Position numbers and translations under genes: made by a program. 41,428 nucleotides of DNA, from NCBI GenBank assembly GCA_010909165.1, contig VJWM01000356.1:1-41428 (forward strand), read 5' to 3'. How positions within the stretch are numbered: the first letter of the stretch is position 1; each line of letters begins with the position of its first letter. Shown here in pieces: positions 35,401 through 41,428 of this stretch. The notes under the pieces were generated by a model. The model searched no databases. It worked only from the letters and a program-made list of their open reading frames with translations, and was not told where the DNA came from. Origin of the DNA: Anthoceros angustus. Taxonomy: Eukaryota; Plantae; Anthocerotophyta.

Positions 35401-38400
35401 TGTTACAACCTACATCTTAAAGCAAAAGAGTGAATGCTTGATTTTAAAGAATATCTCAAGTATGTTGAAAGGTGGACGAAAACAACTAAAACCCTAAGAT
35501 CCGATAACGGGAGAGTTTACCTCAAAGGAGTTTCGGGATCAGCTAACCGAGGGTATTGGACGCCACCATGCTGTCTACACGCCTCAACGAATGGCGTGGC
35601 CGAGCGCCTCAATCTTACGCTGCCAGGAGATGACATCTTCTCCTACATCATGCTCACTTCCCGCCATATTGGGCGGAGGCCATTATGACATCAACCTATA
35701 TCAAAAGCGCCTACCACTGAGTTGGTCTTACCCTTATGAAGCTCTGGCGTAGCCATATCCATACTTCACTTGCGTATCTTTGGTTGTATAGCATACGCCT
35801 TTGTTCCTAAGGAGAAAAGAAAGAAGCTATTAGACAAGGCCAGAAAACTTCTGATGTTAGGCTATACAGAGGGCATCAAAGCATATAAACTTTATGATGT
35901 ACCTAAAAATAAAGTTATCTACGCTAGGAGCGTTACTTTTGATGAAGGTAGCACTTGGGCCTCAGTGGGAGTATCCCAGGATCCTTCTCTTGGTGACGAC
36001 GAGGCATCAGCGCTTCAAGATTCACACTTTGACCGATCATCATGGCACTCAAGTTGTTCCTGAGGATGTTGCCCTGTGGGTGGGGTAGATCCTGATATTG
36101 ATGATTCAAGAGGTTTTGATGATGTAGCAGAGAACCCGCACAACAAGATGTTCATAATCAGGATCAACAGACCATCATCCTCCAGAACAAATTGATGATC
36201 CGACTGAGCCTACCTTAGATGCTGAGCTTGTTGAAGAACCAAGAAGGTATCCACCCGCCAAGACAACCTCCCGACTACTACCGTTCGGATTGAGCTTCTT
36301 CTTCTTATGTGACCGCAATGCGCCACTTCTTGATCCCATTGAGCCTCAATCCTATGAAGAGGCGCTATGACGATCACAAAGAATGGGAAAAGCAATTCAA
36401 TCAGTATGATTCATTAATGGAGAACGGAACATGGGAACTAGTGGAGTTACTCCCAGAGCTAGTTTCATGCAAATGGGTTTTCAAACCAAAGGAAGGATGG
36501 TACCTTTGATCGCTATAAGGTGCTTGGTGGCAAGGGATTCTCTCGATCCCGCTTGGACTATCTTGAAACGCTTTCTCCGAGTCAAGTTGTCCACTCTTCG
36601 AATTATCCTTGCCATATCCACATATTACGATTATGAGTTGCAAATGCGATGTCAAAGATTTCTTATACGGCAAATTAGACACAAATATACATGCAGAACA
36701 CCGGATATGTAGTGAAGGGTAAAGCAAACTATGCTGTCGATCAAGTGTCTATATGGGTTAAAGACTATGAAATGGAATGCTACCCTAGATACGAACTTAC
36801 GCTTGGATTCACAAAGAGCCGGCATGTAGTATACATATACTCGAAAGGAGAGGTTATATGCTATCCGGCGCACGTGGACGATCCGACATCACCCAAGAAT
36901 AACAGCCTTTATAACAAGCATTGGATGTGTTGGCCACTAAGTTTAAGATGTCGTTTGGGACCCTTACAGAGCCTTGGAATACACATTCAGAGGATAGAAA
37001 ACAACGGGTTATGACTCTTACTCAACCACGTTACCTTCTTGATTGTGTTGAAGCAGGGTTTAAAGGATGCCAAGCCCCGATCAACACCCATGGCGGTGTC
37101 GAAACTTAGCAAGAAGGCTCACCAACTACACGTGATGAGAAAGAATGAAGGGCGAAAGTATGAAGGTGTTGGCAAGTTTATATACGCTAGTAACCGAGAC
37201 TTGAAATAGCTTATTCTAAGTGTACTCCCAGCTTGGAAAATCCAGGATCGGAGCATTGACAAGTCTTAAGGTGTTCGATACAAAGGAACAGCATTAGGTA
37301 TCACGCAAGTATCAAGAAGGAAAAGCATTGGACCCGAAGTCTTTATCGACTGATTATGCGATATTGATAGCGTAAAATCGATCTCGTTACCCGATTACAA
37401 TTAGGCCGGTTTGCTGGTCAAGCAAAAAAATTTTCTACCTTTTTCGGCGTAGTATCGTGTACCGATCGAGAAAAGAGGTAGTTTGGTGTCATGCTTAAGG
37501 AGTTAGGCATCCCGATCCCAACTTGTACCACAATACAAACCGACAACCAAGGTTCGATGGTTTTAGCTAAGAATCCAAGTGTTCCATGCACGAACGAAAC
37601 ACGTGGAGGTGGAATACCATTACATCGGAGGACTGCAGCGTAAGGAAAGATTGAACTGATGTCTCAACTCAAGAAAACCCGGCATACATTTACAAAGGCT
37701 TTAAGAGATGCTCACAACAAGCACATTGGTCTTGGTATGGGAGAGCTTCTCATCCAAGACAATCTAACAAGAAACCTAGCCTAGAACACCTTGACTAGCC
37801 ATCAAAATGGAGTATCCAAAGTCTATCTCGCTCCACCCTGGGATTCTAAGGAGACTCATCTTCTATTGGGTAAGGGTTATGCAGACCACCAGTGATGATC
37901 TCCGTGAAAGCCGTGATGTCTCTCGAGAGGGTTTCTTCAACTTTCATTTTCTTCCTTCTTAGCCTCGTCCCCGAGTCTCGAGTAGACTCGATGTAAACCG
38001 AGAAACAAGAAGATTGTAAGTAATCCCGCAAAGATAACAGAATAAAAGGACTTGTCAGCACAAACAGCTAGCTACCCACGCGGGCCGACATGGATGTGGA
38101 TGTTCTCACACCGACCTTCACGCAGATTCGCCCAAGAAGACCGACCCACACCAAATAGGAGAGGTGAGCAAGGATGCTCAAAGGACCCACAAGTGACAAT
38201 ATGAGTCTTCATGAAGCGTGCTTGGCTTTGGGAACTTCGGTGGCACCGCCGGGCCATCTTCGAGTAAGCAAAATCAAGGTTGTAACTCACCGGAGGGTGT
38301 ATCCGATTGGCGGAGAAGACTCATGAGTGTCCATATATTGTCAAAAGAAAGTTCAAAGGCCGCCCAAGACCTTTTGGTTGTCCTTGCCCGCCGATGGCTC

Positions 38401-38957
38401 GCTGCCAAGAAGCCTCCCGCTTTTGATCAGTAGTTGTCTTAGTCGCAAATCTTCCTAGGGCGTCACGCTTGTCACGGCGGCGGTGCTTGGGAGCATCGGA
38501 ATCAGAACCAGAAGACATGATGAAGAGAAGGCACGAGATCCTACGCTCCAGCTCGAATAAATGCAAGAGACAAGAACCAACTGAGTTTTATGTAAGCGGC
38601 GGCATCACCACCAGAACTCATCATGCTCACCGAGAACGTGGAGCGCAACTGCAGATGTCTTTGGGACGAACACGCTGAAGTAACGTCACGAGGACTAGCG
38701 CGGCATCGCGCCGAACGACACTTAAATCATTACAAGTGGGAGTGTTAAAGAGTATTCGTACATATGCTTATTATATTTAGGCACGTTTGGTTAGCTTAAG
38801 TGAGATTAATAAGGTCACAACGCTTGGTTAGGTCCATTAGATGTCTTTGAGTTTATTTAAAACTCACTTTTAGAACTCATTTATCTGTTCTTTAATATAC
38901 ATTTCGGATGTAATTGATTAACATGTTGATTTAATGCATATTCTTTTAATTTAAAAA
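32500..38957 (+). mobile_element. Ty1/Copia retrotransposon 3 (related to Copia 2)
   Basis: LTR match 32501-32643 vs 38811-38956; PBS tggtatc-gag at 32644; PPT aagtgggag 38734-38742 followed by TGTTAAAG. The 5' boundary is uncertain. Confidence 0.9.
33756..37780 (+). pseudogene. Copia gag-pol polyprotein (heavily frameshifted)
   Basis: KEKDRFGGRDYDIW; WYLDT; VYYVPDMTRNLISV; LWHLRLGH; LVHTDLC; LRSDNG; LRIFGCIAYAFVP; SCKWVFK; FHARTKHVEVEYH. Confidence 0.93.
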
Positions 38958-39059
38958 TCGACCTCGGTGAAGAGGAGCTCACTTTGACTCCTCATCTCAC
39001 TTCCGTAATCTTGATCTCACTTCCGAGCTCAAACACATCCCAAACGCAGCTGGCGCCAA

Positions 39060-40170
39060 CTGGAGTATGTGCCTACAAGAAAACCTCAGTAGATATATTA
39101 ACGAAAGCTCTTTCAAAAGACGCACGAGAAGCATAAATGGGGTTAGAGAGTCCGAACTTTCCTATCTAACCCCAACTAGCCTACATGCCCTGCTACCTAA
39201 TCCCCCTGCCGCCGGCCTGAGGACTCTTCCTTTGGATTCTCCGAATGGAGGGACCGGAGGCCTCAGCATCGGAGTCCTCACCGCACATGTAATCTTCGGG
39301 AGGAACAATCCTCCTCAATCCTCAAGATGATCCCGCAAGACACAAAGCAATTAGATAGCTTTAGAGCGAGTGGGAGTAGGAGCAGAGATGAAGCAAAACC
39401 CGTCACTTAATCAGAGCGACTTACAACATGACCGGGAACATAGTCAGAACCACGCACTGATCCGCTTCATGACTGCATCAAGATGCTTGCATCGATACAG
39501 ATAGGAGAGCCTCGGTCACGCGCTGCCTAGGCTCACAATCTTCACATCCTTATCGTGGTTACCTCGAGGGAAATTCGAGGCCGTGAGGGCCTCACCTCCT
39601 CCGTCAGACATAGCCTCAGCCCGGTCAGAGGCCCCGAGCCCCTCTTTGCAGTGGCGAGGGGCACGCGTGGGAGAAATTGTGGAAGCTAAGCGCCGCAATG
39701 GAGGACCTCCCATGTCCTCCGCGATTATGGCCTCGCGCCTAGTCCTCAAAGACCACAGCTGTGGAGGGGCGCCCCGCTTGGTCGGCTCGAGCTTCCGCAG
39801 CAGTGTCGGGCCGGGTCCCTTGCAGCAGAGGAGGCAGGTTGTCCTAGCCGCCTTGCTTGCCGCAGCGCCTAGGGAGTCTCCGGCGGGGTTCGCATCCCAG
39901 AGGAGGACGACATCTCGACGTGTTACGCTTCCACAACCCCTTCTCCAATTGCACAGAGCGTGAAGATGAAGAAGAGGAATATAACGCCCGGTGAGGACTG
40001 GTTTCTCACCGCACGCCGAATATATACCAAGCGAGGAGTCGGGGCGAACGCACCGAACGCAATGCATCTCGCAGTTTTCACCCGACTCCATCCTACAAGG
40101 ACGGAGATGATCCGTTGTTGAGCATCACTTTCCAAAATGATCAACAAGTGGGAGTGAAGAGGTATACCCA
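39060..40170 (+). mobile_element. 3' remnant of a fourth Copia element (RNase H end, long trailer, PPT, start of LTR)
   Basis: 39062-39150 reads EYVPT.EN..DILTKALSKDA..KH..MGL with frameshifts; PPT aagtgggag 40146-40154 is followed by TG. Confidence 0.7.
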
Positions 40171-40244
40171 AACACACCTCGTCCGATCACCACCTCCTCC
40201 CGCCTTCTCCGACCTCCTCCCGCCTCTCTCCGACGGCCACCTAA

Positions 40245-41360
40245 AGACAAAGATTAATTGCTTTTAACGGACCGTGTTTTACAACACGTCCGCTGTAAAG
40301 CCCAATTGTACGCTGTTTGAGACGGCCAGATCAGCCTCTCATGTTTTACAACATACGCATAACCTAATCTAATTTACAACACGATCCATTGCAAACCTCA
40401 GACATTGTAAACGCTTAAGAGAGGCCAAGATCCTCCCACTTAATTTACAACATAGTCTAATTTACAACATGCCGCTGTAAAGCACTTGTATGTTGTAAAA
40501 TGTATGACAAGGCCGGATCCCTCCCACGCTTTTACACCAAATTCACAACGAGTCTCATATACAAGGTCCATTGCAAAGCGATCTTGCACGCTAGTATACG
40601 CCTACCGCCCAAAGCCATTGACAAATTCACATTGTAAGCGAGTGCCATTGACAAATTCACAGAGCCACCGGGCGCAGAGAGAGACACAAGCCACGGTTCC
40701 CCAAGTCGCACTAACTTGCTTCGTGCCTCACATAAATCATAGCAAGAGTTAGGAACGGCACAGAAGTGAGCCGCAACCAAAGACTCCACAACACCCTCGT
40801 GCAAGAGAGATGCACCACCTTCAAGCAAGAGACATGCACCACCTTCGTGCAAGAGACATGCGCCCTCTTCATGTGTCATTTAGTCAAACAACTTCCACCA
40901 AAATTGACATCAGAACTTAACGTGATTTCTTGATGCAGAAGCCATATGAACTAGCATCCATGAATACACTAAGGAGTACCGGAACATTCTTTCCACTCGC
41001 TGGCGCATCCGGGACGCCCATGTGAAAGAGGATCTGTGGCACCGTGGATATGCACCTTGAAGCCACACATTTTGCAATACACCACGGCGCCAACAGAATG
41101 CCAGCAACATCGTACATGGTCATGTCCACGCCCTGTCCACTATGCTAGTTTTTGCTTTGAAAAGAGCCGTCCTCACACTATGGGAGTAACCGTGGTGTAA
41201 CCAATGCTTTTCCATTTGTCCAAGAATGCTTATCCCCACCTCGCCAAGCCACATCCATGGTGCTCCCATTCTACCCATCGTATCCAAAACCGTGGTCTTG
41301 CCTTCCAGCTCCGTACATGTCCACCGCATAGCTTGGCAATAAACAAGTTCGGTGGATTTG
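40245..41360 (+). repeat. ~1.1-kb dispersed repeat unit, copy 2
   Basis: Colinear with 29600-30720 (e.g. gagagacacaagccacggttccccaagt, gaagccatatgaactagcatccatgaatacactaaggagtacc, ggcaataaacaagttcggtgga). Confidence 0.9.
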
Positions 41361-41428
41361 TATAAAGTGGGAAACGCCGCCTCGCTTATTATCTGAAAGA
41401 ACATTATGGTGTTATCCCAACTTTATGC

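Overview
Land-plant genomic DNA (PLS-type PPR fragments, tRNA-iMet-primed Copia elements; a non-flowering lineage such as a fern or lycophyte is only my guess). It consists almost entirely of nested, frameshifted LTR retrotransposons, with no intact host gene. The main finding is a Ty3/Gypsy element (~5731-14027) with domain order gag(CCHC) - aspartic protease - C5 cytosine DNA methyltransferase (DNMT3-like; motifs I, IV with catalytic Cys, VI ENV, VIII, IX and X readable by manual frameshift repair) - RT - RNase H - integrase - PHD finger. This places a DNA-methylation writer and a histone reader in one retroelement. A second copy at 1-1214 also shows the MTase C-terminus and the PHD tail, and a third partial copy (1215-3592) is inverted. 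The element's terminal repeats have an unusual B...A-B-A layout. The rest of the window holds four Ty1/Copia elements or remnants, three with long 3' trailers and a candidate antisense ATG ~220-240 bp inside the 3' LTR boundary. It also has a 5S-rRNA-derived fragment, a ~700-bp very GC-rich leader, several tandem arrays, and a duplicated ~1.1-kb hairpin+PPR-fragment unit. Frequent 1-bp deletions may be real decay or unpolished long-read error. Coordinates were counted by hand and boundaries are approximate.
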